Shown: one piece after another, positions 18,704 through 27,297 of the stretch | Layout: every line of letters starts with the position of its first letter | How positions within the stretch are numbered: position 1 is the first letter of the stretch | NCBI GenBank assembly: GCA_964546375.1 | Contig: CAZJJO010000001.1 | Span: 5,614-59,934 of the forward strand | Length of the DNA: 54,321 nt | Reading direction: 5' to 3' | DNA from: an uncultured Gemmatimonadota bacterium | GTDB lineage: Bacteria; Gemmatimonadota; Gemmatimonadetes; Palauibacterales; Palauibacteraceae | Made by a program: the position numbers and the translations under genes | The notes under the pieces: generated by a model | Seen by the model: the letters and a program-made list of their open reading frames with translations, nothing else | What the model was told of the DNA's origin: nothing | Database searches by the model: none

Positions 18704-19554
18704 CGGACGGGCCGGGGTCGGCGGGCGGCGGGGAGGAGGAGGGGGTCCGTCTCGCCACCCGCCGGGTCGAGCCGGACGGGACCCCGGGCTCCGGCTGGGT
18801 CCGCTTCCTGCACGGCGTCTTCGGGGCCGGCCGCAACTGGCGGACGGTGGCCCGGCGGCTGACCGAGGCGCGGCCGGACTGGGGCGGGGAGCTGGTGGAC
18901 CTGCGCCTGCACGGGAGCTCGCGTCAGGCCCCTCCTCCCCACACACTGGAGGCGTGCGCCCGGGACCTGGAGGTCACCGTCGAGGCCGGCGGACGTCGGC
19001 CGCGGGTCCTGCTGGGCCACTCGTTCGGCGGCAAGGTCGCCCTGACGGCGGCGGCCCGGAACCCCGAGGGCCTGGAGCAGGTCTGGGTGATCGACGCCTC
19101 GCCCTCGGCGCGGTCTCCCGGGGGGTCGGCGGTGGAGATGCTCCGGGCGGTCCGGCGGCGCCCGGGCCCCTTCGCCGGACGGGGGGAGGCCGTCTCGGCG
19201 CTGGAGGCGGAAGGCTTCCCGGAGGAGGTGGGCCGCTGGATGGCCACCAACCTGGAGGAGGGTCCGGAGGGGCTGCGGTGGGCGCTGGACCCGGACGCGC
19301 TGGAGGAGCTGCTGGCCGACTTCTTCCGGCGCGACCTGTGGGCCGTGATCGAGGATCCGCCCGGGGCGCTGGAGGTGCACCTGGTCAAGGCCGAGGGCTC
19401 CGAGGTCGTGGACGAGGAGGAGGCCGACCGGGTGGAGCAGGCGGGCTCCGCCCACGGACGGGCCCGTCTGCACCGCCTGGAGGGCGGCCACTGGCTCAAC
19501 GTTTCGAACCCCGAGGGGCTCCTGGAGCTGCTGGAGCGGAGGTTGCCGCGATGA
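18700..19554 (+). CDS. alpha/beta hydrolase
   Basis: GTG at 18700 overlaps the helicase stop (GTGA). LLGHSFGGKVAL is a GxSxG nucleophile elbow, and the C-terminus has ...LEGGHWLNVSNPE. Only the last 285 codons of track ORF 15355..19554 are real. Confidence 0.85.
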   Translation: MTDGPGSAGGGEEEGVRLATRRVEPDGTPGSGWVRFLHGVFGAGRNWRTVARRLTEARPDWGGELVDLRLHGSSRQAPPPHTLEACARDLEVTVEAGGRRPRVLLGHSFGGKVALTAAARNPEGLEQVWVIDASPSARSPGGSAVEMLRAVRRRPGPFAGRGEAVSALEAEGFPEEVGRWMATNLEEGPEGLRWALDPDALEELLADFFRRDLWAVIEDPPGALEVHLVKAEGSEVVDEEEADRVEQAGSAHGRARLHRLEGGHWLNVSNPEGLLELLERRLPR

Positions 19555-20051
19555 TCCGATGGACGGAATTCGAGAGCCCGTTCGGGCCCACCTTCCTGGC
19601 CGGGACGCCGAAGGGCGTCCTGCGCCTGCGATGGGGGGTGGACGACCCGGAGGAGCTGGCCGAGGGGCTCACCGAGGACTTCCCCCTCTGGGGGGTCAAG
19701 CGGGCGCCCGACCGCCTGGAGGACGCGGTGGACCAGATCCGCGCCTACTTTACCGGCGACCGGCGCTCGTTCGACCTCTCGACCGACCTCACCGGGCTGA
19801 CGTCGTTCCAGCAGACCGTCCTGGAAGCGACCGCCGAGATCCCGTTCGGCCGGACCGTCACCTACGGGGAGCTGGCCGAGCGTATCGACAGGCCCGACGC
19901 CAGCCGGGCGGTGGGCTCGGCGCTGGGACAGAACCCGGTGCCCATCGTGATCCCGTGCCACCGGGTCGTCCGGAGCGACGGCGGGCTGGGCGGGTACACG
20001 GCGGGGACCGGGTACAAGGAGCAGCTGCTCGAGCTGGAGGCCCGGAGCTGA
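19551..20051 (+). CDS. ogt: methylated-DNA-protein-cysteine methyltransferase
   Basis: ATG at 19551 overlaps the upstream stop (ATGA). ...IPFGRTVTYGELA...RAVGSALGQNPVPIVIPCHRVV (PCHR active site). Confidence 0.92.
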   Translation: MIRWTEFESPFGPTFLAGTPKGVLRLRWGVDDPEELAEGLTEDFPLWGVKRAPDRLEDAVDQIRAYFTGDRRSFDLSTDLTGLTSFQQTVLEATAEIPFGRTVTYGELAERIDRPDASRAVGSALGQNPVPIVIPCHRVVRSDGGLGGYTAGTGYKEQLLELEARS

Positions 20052-20134
20052 TCGCGGGGGCGTCCCGCCGGAGTCCCGCCCCGGCGCCGGCTCGGGCTCC
20101 CGACCGGCCGACACGGCACCGACGAGGAGGCAAC

Positions 20135-20563
20135 GTGAGCGACGACGGATCCGCACGCTGCCGGGCCGCGATCCCGGCCTGGCGCCGGCTCGCCGCGGCG
20201 GCGCTGGTGCTGGCCCTGACGGGCTGCGGCCTCTTCAGCCGCCAGCCCGAGGAGCCCTCGCCCGGGGCGACCGACGGCCCGCAGATCACCGTCCAGGTGA
20301 GGAACCTGGCGTGGAAGAACGTCCACGTGTACGTGATCGCCGGCGCGAACTGGCGGTCGATGGGCGTGCTCAGCAGCCAGGGGGAGGAGACCTACCGGCT
20401 TCCCCGCGACCTGATGGGCGCCCGGCAGGAGATCCGGCTGGCCGCCGACCCGGTGGGCTCCCGCCACGCCTTCATCTCGGATCCGGTGCAGGTGGAGCCG
20501 GGGGACCGGGTGACGTGGACGATCCAGGACAACCTGGCCCTTTCGAGCGTCTTCGTCGAGTAG
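20135..20563 (+). CDS. hypothetical lipoprotein
   Basis: GTG at 20135 is preceded by GAGGAGG. The lipobox is LVLALTGC. No family recognised. Confidence 0.65.
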   Translation: MSDDGSARCRAAIPAWRRLAAAALVLALTGCGLFSRQPEEPSPGATDGPQITVQVRNLAWKNVHVYVIAGANWRSMGVLSSQGEETYRLPRDLMGARQEIRLAADPVGSRHAFISDPVQVEPGDRVTWTIQDNLALSSVFVE

Positions 20564-20585
20564 CGCACCCGACCGGGAGGCGAGC

Positions 20586-21047
20586 GTGAGCGAGGAGCCG
20601 TTCTACGTGGTTCGTTCGACGGTCCGGAAGGTGGAGGGCCTCCGCCGTCGGGCCTCCCTCCCCACGGGCGAGGAGGTGGAGCTGGGCGTCCACGGCCCCG
20701 TCAAGGAGGCCTACGGCATCGAGGCCGAGGACCTGCCGCTCCCGGTGGACTACCTGGTGGCCACCACCGGCGGTTGAATGCTCGGGACCCTGAACGGCGC
20801 GCTGGAGGCGCGCGAGGTCGACCTGGGCCCCGACGACCTGGTGGCCGAGGTGGAGGGGATCAACGAGATGGACGGGAAGGTGCCCGTCCTCACCGAGATC
20901 CGGGTCCACTACACGATCCGGGTGCCGGCTGCGGACCGGGACACCGTCGAGAAGGTCCTCTCCCGGCACCAGGAGTTCTGCCCCTCGGCGCAGACCCTGG
21001 CGGGGGCGGTGGAGGTGAGCTGGACCGCCGACATCCAGGAGGTCTGA
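20586..21047 (+). CDS. OsmC/Ohr family peroxiredoxin with in-frame TGA at codon 64 (candidate selenocysteine, otherwise a disrupted gene)
   Basis: Track ORFs 20586..20777 and 20778..21047 are in one frame, separated only by TGA 20775..20777. Joined, they read ...PVDYLVATTGG[TGA]MLGTLNGALEA...RHQEFCPSAQTLAG..., the two-Cys OsmC architecture with TGA at the first Cys. The GTG start is preceded by GGGAGG, and the second half has no RBS of its own. Confidence 0.7.
20786..20819 (+). other. SECIS-like stem-loop downstream of the in-frame UGA
   Basis: GCGCGC (20797..20802) pairs with GCGCGC (20808..20813) around the loop UGGAG. A lower stem pairs GACC (20786..20789) with GGUC (20816..20819). The apical loop begins 28 nt after the U of UGA. 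Confidence 0.4.
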
Positions 21048-21082
21048 GCGCCGGTGGCAGCCCCCCCGGGACGCGGGGGCGG

Positions 21083-21601
21083 TCAGCCGCCCGCGGCCAC
21101 CTCCATCAGCTCCACCCGGAAGAGCAGGGTGGCGTTCGGGGGGATGGGGCCGCCGCCGCTGCTGCCGTAGGCCAGCTCCGGGGGGATCCGGAGGATCCGC
21201 TCGCCGCCGACCTGCATCCCCTCCAGGCCCTCGTCCCAGCCCTCGATGACCCGGCCGGTCCCGAGGACGAACCGGATCGGCTGGCCGCGGTCGCGGCTCG
21301 AGTCGAACTTCGTCCCGTCGGTGAGGCAGCCGGTGTAGTGGACGGCGACCGTGTCGCCGGCCCCGGCGGTCCGGCCCTGGCCGTCGGCGAGCTGCAGGTA
21401 GCGGAGGCCGCTGTCCGTGGCGGTCATCGAGTCCGACGGCACCGAGGTCAGGGCCTCGCAGGCGTTGTCGGCGGCGGCCGCGTCGGAGGACGCGGCGGCT
21501 ACCGCGTCGCCGTCGGCGGCGGTGTCGGCGTCTCCCCCGCCGCAGGCGACGAGCAGCAGCAGGGCGGCGAGAAGCGGGGCGGCGGGTGCGTGGCGTCGCA
21601 T
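21083..21601 (-). CDS. FKBP-type peptidyl-prolyl isomerase lipoprotein
   Basis: Lipobox LLLVAC, then VAVHYTGCLTDGTKFDSSRDRGQPIRFVLGTGRVIEGWDEGLEGMQVGGERILRIPPELAYG. Confidence 0.92.
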   Translation of the reverse strand: MRRHAPAAPLLAALLLLVACGGGDADTAADGDAVAAASSDAAAADNACEALTSVPSDSMTATDSGLRYLQLADGQGRTAGAGDTVAVHYTGCLTDGTKFDSSRDRGQPIRFVLGTGRVIEGWDEGLEGMQVGGERILRIPPELAYGSSGGGPIPPNATLLFRVELMEVAAGG

Positions 21602-21686
21602 GCGGATCTCTCCCTGTCTCGTTGGGTTCGGACGAGGGCCGGCCGCGGCCCGGGGGACGGCGCGTCCCCCGGCGGGGCGGTTTCCC

Positions 21687-23057
21687 TCAGGGCTCCAGGT
21701 GGACGGTTTGAACGTTGACGAACTCGCGGATCCCGTGGCGGCCCAGCTCGCGGCCGTAGCCGGAGGCCTTCACGCCGCCGAACGGGACGCGGGGGTCGGA
21801 GGCCACCATGCCGTTCACGGCGACCACGCCCGCCTCGATCCGGTCGAGGAAGAGCGACCGCTCGGCGTCGTCGCCGGTCCAGACGGCGGCGCCGAGCCCG
21901 AAGTCGGTCTCGTTGGCCAGCTCCACGGCCTCGTCGGCCCCGTCGGCCCGGAGCACCACCGCCGCCGGTCCGAACAGCTCCTCGGTCCGCGCCGGCGCCC
22001 CCTCGGGCACCGAGGCGAGGACCGTCGGGGGGTAGAACCAGCCCGGGCCCTCCGGGGGCTCCCCGCCCAGCAGCCGCTCGGCACCCGCGTCCAGGCTCTC
22101 GGTGACCTGGCGGTGGAGCCGCCGGCGGAGGTCTTCCCGGGCCAGCGGGCCCACGTCCGTGTCCGACGACTGGGGGTCGCCGACCTCCAGCCCGTCCATC
22201 CGCTCGACCAGCCCCCGGGTGAACGCGTCGGCCACCCGGCGGTGGACCACGAAGCGCTTGGCGGCGATGCAGGACTGGCCGCTGTTCTGGATCCGGGCCC
22301 GGACGGCGGTCTCCAGCGCCGCCTCCAGGTCCGCCGAGGGCATGACGACGAAGGGGTCGCTGCCCCCCAGCTCCAGCACCGTCTTCTTGACCCGGCGGCC
22401 GGCCTCGGCGGCCACGGCGCGGCCCGCCCCGGTGCTGCCCGTGAGGGTGGCCGCCCGGACCCGGTCGTCGGCCAGGACGTCGGCCACACGGTCCTCCTCC
22501 AGGAAGAGGTTCTGGAACGCCCCCTCCGGGAAGCCGGCCTTCCGGAAGACGCCCTCCACGGCCACGGCGCACTGGGGGACGTTGGGGGCGTGCTTCAGGA
22601 GGCCGACGTTGCCGGCCATCAGGGCCGGCGCGGCGAACCGGAAGACCTGCCAGAAGGGATAGTTCCACGGCATCACCGCCAGCACCGGGCCCAGGGGGCG
22701 GTAGCGCACGAAGGTCCGGTCGGCGTCGGCCTCGACCTCCTCGGCCGAGAGGTAGGCCTCGGCGTGCTCGGCGTAGTGGCGGCAGACCCAGGCGCACTTG
22801 CGGACCTCGGCCGCGGCCTGGTCGACGGGCTTGCCCATCTCGAGGGTCATCAGCCGGGCGTAGGCCTGCTCCCCGTCCTCCAGGATCTCCGCCGCCCGCT
22901 CCATCCGTTCGGCCCGCCCGGACAGGGGAGCGTCGCGGAGCTCCCGGAAGGCGCGCCCCGCCCGCTCCAGGCGCTCCTCCAGCGCGTCCCCGTCCAGGGG
23001 CTCGAAGGTCTGCAGGGTCTCGCCGGTGGCCGGGTTCTCGCTCCGGAACGGGGTCAC
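21687..23057 (-). CDS. NAD(P)-dependent aldehyde dehydrogenase (succinate-semialdehyde dehydrogenase-like)
   Basis: ...VMPWNYPFWQV..., LELGGSDPFVV and NSGQSCIAAKRF (catalytic Cys). GTG at 23057 is preceded by GGGAGG. Confidence 0.9.
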   Translation of the reverse strand: MTPFRSENPATGETLQTFEPLDGDALEERLERAGRAFRELRDAPLSGRAERMERAAEILEDGEQAYARLMTLEMGKPVDQAAAEVRKCAWVCRHYAEHAEAYLSAEEVEADADRTFVRYRPLGPVLAVMPWNYPFWQVFRFAAPALMAGNVGLLKHAPNVPQCAVAVEGVFRKAGFPEGAFQNLFLEEDRVADVLADDRVRAATLTGSTGAGRAVAAEAGRRVKKTVLELGGSDPFVVMPSADLEAALETAVRARIQNSGQSCIAAKRFVVHRRVADAFTRGLVERMDGLEVGDPQSSDTDVGPLAREDLRRRLHRQVTESLDAGAERLLGGEPPEGPGWFYPPTVLASVPEGAPARTEELFGPAAVVLRADGADEAVELANETDFGLGAAVWTGDDAERSLFLDRIEAGVVAVNGMVASDPRVPFGGVKASGYGRELGRHGIREFVNVQTVHLEP

Positions 23058-23079
23058 GTCCGCCTCCCGTGGCCGCGGT

Positions 23080-24090
23080 TCACTCGGTCGCCAGCACGGC
23101 ACGGCCCGGGAGCCGTCCGGACTCGACGGCCTCCAGCGCCGCCCCGGCCTCCTCGAGCGGGAAGGTCTCCTCCACCCGGGCGGTCACCCCGTGTCGGGCC
23201 GAGAACTCGAGGCAGGCCCGCAGGTCCTTCCGCGAGCCGGAGGGGGAGCCCATCACCCGCCGCCGGCCCATGATCAGGTCCATGGGGTGGGCCTCGACGA
23301 CGGCGTCCTCGATGCCCAGGACCACCAGCGTGCCGTCGGCGGCCAGCCCCGGCACCAGGGCCGACATGGCCGAGGACGAGGGGGCGGTGCCGAGGACGAC
23401 GTCGGCGCCGCCCTCCTCCTGCAGCGCCTCCGCCGGGTCGCCGGCGTCGAGGCGGACGAAGCGGTCGGCGCCCAGCCGCCGGGCGTCCCGCTCCTTCCCG
23501 GGGCTGGTGGAGAGGACGGTCACGCGCCCGCCCATGGCGTCGGCGTATCGCACGCCCAGGTGCCCGAGGCCGCCCAGCCCCAGCACCGCCACCCGGTCGC
23601 CCGGCTCGAAGCCGGCGTTCCGCAGCCCCTGGAAGACGGTGATGCCGGCGCACATGAGGGGTGCCGCCTCGACGTCGCCCAGCGCCTCCGGGACCGGCGT
23701 GACGTAGTCGGCCGCGGCCACCATGAACTCGGCGTAGCCGCCGTCCCGGGTCGCCCCCGTCACCTCCATCTCGGGGCAGAGGATCCCCTCGCCCTCGACG
23801 CACCGGTCGCAGCGGCCGCAGGCGGCGTACAGCCAGGGGACGCCGACCCGCTCGCCGACGGCCGGCGCCTCGACCCCCGCCCCCCGTTCGACGACCTCGC
23901 CCACCACCTCGTGGCCCGGCACGACGGGGAAGTCGGTGTCGGGCACGTGGCCGTCGCGGACGTTGACGTCGCTGTGGCAGACCCCGCAGGCCCGGACCCG
24001 GAGCAGCACCTCGCCCCGGCCGGGCTCGGGCCGCTCCCGGTCCTCGATCCGAACGGGGGCTCCCGGCTCGTCGACGACGGCGGCTCGCAT
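23080..24090 (-). CDS. zinc-dependent alcohol dehydrogenase
   Basis: ACGVCHSDV, PGHEVVGEV, CGRCDRCVEG and GLGGLGH. ATG at 24090 is preceded by GAGGAGG. This is the C-terminal part of the artefactual ORF 23080..26982. Confidence 0.92.
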   Translation of the reverse strand: MRAAVVDEPGAPVRIEDRERPEPGRGEVLLRVRACGVCHSDVNVRDGHVPDTDFPVVPGHEVVGEVVERGAGVEAPAVGERVGVPWLYAACGRCDRCVEGEGILCPEMEVTGATRDGGYAEFMVAAADYVTPVPEALGDVEAAPLMCAGITVFQGLRNAGFEPGDRVAVLGLGGLGHLGVRYADAMGGRVTVLSTSPGKERDARRLGADRFVRLDAGDPAEALQEEGGADVVLGTAPSSSAMSALVPGLAADGTLVVLGIEDAVVEAHPMDLIMGRRRVMGSPSGSRKDLRACLEFSARHGVTARVEETFPLEEAGAALEAVESGRLPGRAVLATE

Positions 24091-24474
24091 GGCAGGCCTC
24101 CTCGGGCGAGGGGTTCGCGGCGCGACGCGGACGGCCGATCGGCCCCCGGCGGGGCGGGGCGGCCGCGCCCGTCCAGCGGCGCACGATGCGTTCCAGCCGG
24201 AGGCGGTTGCCGGGAGCGGCGCGCCCGGGCCATTCTTCGGGCGTGACGGACGCTCCCACCCCCTCCCGGCCCGCCTGGCCCACCGGTTGCCCCCGGCCCC
24301 GCCGGGCCGGCATCTCCGCCGTCGTTCTTCGGGCGACCGACGGGCCGCCGGAACGGGGATCCTGGTGTCGGTGATCGCCGGCCGGCCCCGGGCCGTGCCA
24401 TGGTGCTGCCCGGCGGTCGACGAGGTGCTGTCGGGCCCGGCCGCGGCCGGATCAGCCGGGAGCGGGGTCGGGAG

Positions 24475-27297
24475 ATGAGCGACCGGGTCTTCCTGTCCTG
24501 GAAGGAGCCGGCGCTGCCGCAGGCGGCCGACCGGCTCGCCGACGGGTACGCCCGGGCAGGCGAGCTCCCTCTGGACGACGTCCTGGTGGTCGTCCCCGGG
24601 CGCCGGGCAGGACGGCGGCTCACCGAGCTGCTGGTCGGCGAGGCCGAGGCCCGGGATCTGGTGCTCACCCCGCCTCGGACGCCCACGATCGGGGCCCTGC
24701 CCGAGCTCCTGTACGAGCCGAGTTCGCCGCTGGCCACTTCCGCGCTGTCCCGACGCGTGTGGACCGAAGCCCTGGTATCTCTGGACCGGGAGCGCCGCTC
24801 CGAGGTCTTCCCGGATCCGCCCGACGACGGCGACCTCCACGGCTGGACGCGGCTGGCGGAGCTCGTCCACGGGCTCCATCGAGAGACGGCGCGCGAAGGC
24901 CTCGACTTCTCCGGCGTGGCCCGGGCCTGCAGAGAGGGGGAAGGATTCGACGACGGGAGCCGCTGGAATCTCCTCTCGGAGGTCCAGAAGCGCTATCGGC
25001 GCCGGCTCCGGGAGTTGGGCTACGTGGATCGGGACGAGGCGCGGCTCCGGGCGGTGGAGGACGATCGCGTCGGGGCGGACCGGGAGATCGTCCTGGTGGG
25101 CGTCGTCGAGATCCCGGGGATCGTCCGATCCATGCTTCGCCGGGCGGGCGTCGCAGTCACGCCGCTGGTCCACGCGCCGGAGGACCTCGCGGACGCCTTC
25201 GACGATCTCGGCTGTGTCCGTGCCCGGACCTGGAGCGAACGGGAGATCGAGATTCCCGAGGAGATCGTCGCTCTTCGCGGCCGACCGCCCTCGCAGGCGG
25301 ACGAGGCCGTCCGCCGTCTCTCCGGGAGCGGCCGGGATCTGGCCCCCGACGAGATCACGGTCGGTGTGCCGAACGAGGAGGTGGTCCCGTACCTGGAGCA
25401 GCGCTTCCGGGCCTACGGGATCCCCCACCGCCGCGGCGCCGGTACGGACCTGCCGCTCACCGGCCCCTACCGGCTGCTCGCCGCGGTCGCCGACTACCAG
25501 GACGGACAGCGGTTCGAGGACTTCTCCGCGCTCCTGCGGCACCCCGAGGTCTCGCGAGCGACCGGGGTCACGGGGGCGCTGGAGGCGGCCGACCGGCACT
25601 TCAGCGAGCGGTTGCCCGCCCGCGCTCCCCTCCGACCGGAGATCGCGGGGGAGCGGGGCGACCGTCGGTTCGAGCAGGTCGCCCGGTCGCTGGACGAGAG
25701 CCTCCAGCTCCGGCGCCTCGCCGGTCGGCGACCGCTGAGCGAGTGGATGCCCGAGGTCCTGGCGCTGCTCCGAAGGGTCTACGGCGGCCGGGAGGTCGAC
25801 CGCACCAGCAGCTCGGGACGGTCGACCGTCGAGGCGCTGGAGGTCGTCCGCGACGCGGCCGCCGAGCTCCATCGACTGCCCGAGGAGGTCGACGTGTCCT
25901 GCTCCGGAGCGGCCGCGATCCGGGTCCTCCTCTCGGAGATCCGGGACGCGTCGGTGCCTCCCCTGCCCGACAGCACGGCGGTGGAGTTGCTGGGCTGGCT
26001 CGAGCTCCACCTGGACGACGCGCCGGTCCTGGTGATCACCGGGTTCGACGAGGATCACGTCCCCGCCACGGTGAGCGCAGATCCCTTCCTGCCCGACGGG
26101 CTCCGCAGCCGGCTCGGTCTGGTCGACAACGAGTGGCGCCACGGCCGGGACGCCTACCTTTTCGCGGCCATCCTCGCCTCGCGGGAGGAGACCCACGTCG
26201 TCGTGGGCCGGCGGAACGCGGACGGGGATCCGCTCCGCCCCAGCCGGCTCCTGCTGGCCGCCTCCGGCCGGGAGCTCGCCCGGCGGGCCCGGCGCCTCTT
26301 CACCGACGAGGTCCCCTCGCCGGCCCCGCTGCCGCGGCTGGGGGGACGGCCGGCGGAGGAGAGCCGCTTCCGGACCCCTCCCGAGCCGGAGCTCGAGATC
26401 GATCCGCCGCCCGAGAGCCTCGGCGTGACCGAGTTCGGCCTCCTGCTCCGGGATCCCTACCGGTGGGCCCTCGAGCACCGGCTCGGCCTGGAGGCGGTGG
26501 ACGACCGGCGCCGCGAGCTCGACGGCCTCCAGTTCGGAGGGCTCGCCCACGAGGTGCTCCGCCGGTTCGGGGAGTCGCCCGCAGTTCGGTCCGCGGATCC
26601 GGAGAGGATCAGGGACCGGCTTCACCGGGAGCTGGACGAGGTGGCGGGCGATCGCTACGCCGGCGCTCTGCCGGCGGTGCGCGTCCAGATCGAGCAGCTC
26701 CGTGCCCGTCTCTCCGACTTCGCGGCCTGGCAAGCCGATCGGGTGCGCGAGGGATGGGAGACGAGGGCCGTGGAGGTCGGGACGCCCGAGGGCGGGGTGC
26801 CGCTGGAGGTCGACGGGGAGCCGGTCGGGGTCCGGGGGCGGATCGACCGGGTCGATCGCCACCGGGAGACCGGTCGGTGGGAGGTTCTGGACTACAAGAC
26901 CTCGGCCACCGCCCGGGAACCGGAGAAGCACCATCGGAAGCGCGGAGAATGGATCGACCTCCAGTTGCCGCTCTATCGGCACCTGCTGTCCGGTATCGCG
27001 GGGGAGGGAGCGCTCCCGGCGGAACTGGCCGACCCCGGCCGCCGGGTGGACCTCGGGTTCGTGAATCTCTCCCGGGACGGGACGGACCGGGCCGTGGCCT
27101 CGTGGTCTTCGGAGGAGCTGGAGCGCGCCCTGGAGGCGGCAAGGAGCGTGGTCCGGCAGCTGCGCTCCGGGAAAGTGCGGTACCGGGAGGACGCCGACGC
27201 CCCCGGGGGAGAGGCTCTCGCGCCGCTCCTGGGCGAGGGCCGGCTGCGGGCGCGGCGCCGCTCGGCAGAGCGTCCGGAGGGGAAGGAAACGGCGTGA
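24475..27297 (+). CDS. AddB/RexB-like PD-(D/E)XK nuclease subunit (no P-loop, no Fe-S cysteines)
   Basis: 940 aa. The C-terminus has GRIDRVDRH...WEVLDYKTS...QLPLY (PD-(D/E)XK). It is coupled by a GTGA overlap to the AddA-like gene. ATG at 24475. Confidence 0.8.
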   Translation: MSDRVFLSWKEPALPQAADRLADGYARAGELPLDDVLVVVPGRRAGRRLTELLVGEAEARDLVLTPPRTPTIGALPELLYEPSSPLATSALSRRVWTEALVSLDRERRSEVFPDPPDDGDLHGWTRLAELVHGLHRETAREGLDFSGVARACREGEGFDDGSRWNLLSEVQKRYRRRLRELGYVDRDEARLRAVEDDRVGADREIVLVGVVEIPGIVRSMLRRAGVAVTPLVHAPEDLADAFDDLGCVRARTWSEREIEIPEEIVALRGRPPSQADEAVRRLSGSGRDLAPDEITVGVPNEEVVPYLEQRFRAYGIPHRRGAGTDLPLTGPYRLLAAVADYQDGQRFEDFSALLRHPEVSRATGVTGALEAADRHFSERLPARAPLRPEIAGERGDRRFEQVARSLDESLQLRRLAGRRPLSEWMPEVLALLRRVYGGREVDRTSSSGRSTVEALEVVRDAAAELHRLPEEVDVSCSGAAAIRVLLSEIRDASVPPLPDSTAVELLGWLELHLDDAPVLVITGFDEDHVPATVSADPFLPDGLRSRLGLVDNEWRHGRDAYLFAAILASREETHVVVGRRNADGDPLRPSRLLLAASGRELARRARRLFTDEVPSPAPLPRLGGRPAEESRFRTPPEPELEIDPPPESLGVTEFGLLLRDPYRWALEHRLGLEAVDDRRRELDGLQFGGLAHEVLRRFGESPAVRSADPERIRDRLHRELDEVAGDRYAGALPAVRVQIEQLRARLSDFAAWQADRVREGWETRAVEVGTPEGGVPLEVDGEPVGVRGRIDRVDRHRETGRWEVLDYKTSATAREPEKHHRKRGEWIDLQLPLYRHLLSGIAGEGALPAELADPGRRVDLGFVNLSRDGTDRAVASWSSEELERALEAARSVVRQLRSGKVRYREDADAPGGEALAPLLGEGRLRARRRSAERPEGKETA

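Noticed and set aside
19501-19512. GTTTCGAACCCC, a T-loop-like (GTTCGAA) string that could hint at a tRNA
   Set aside because: It lies inside the alpha/beta hydrolase CDS, and I could not fold flanking acceptor or anticodon arms around it. No tRNA is called anywhere in the window.
15355-19554. 1399-aa plus-strand ORF
   Set aside because: It is a composite. It runs antisense through the YheT-like hydrolase and out of frame through the helicase. Only 18700..19554 (alpha/beta hydrolase) is credible.
23080-26982. 1300-aa minus-strand ORF
   Set aside because: Only 23080..24090 (Zn-ADH) is real. The remainder is antisense to the AddB-like gene and is low complexity.
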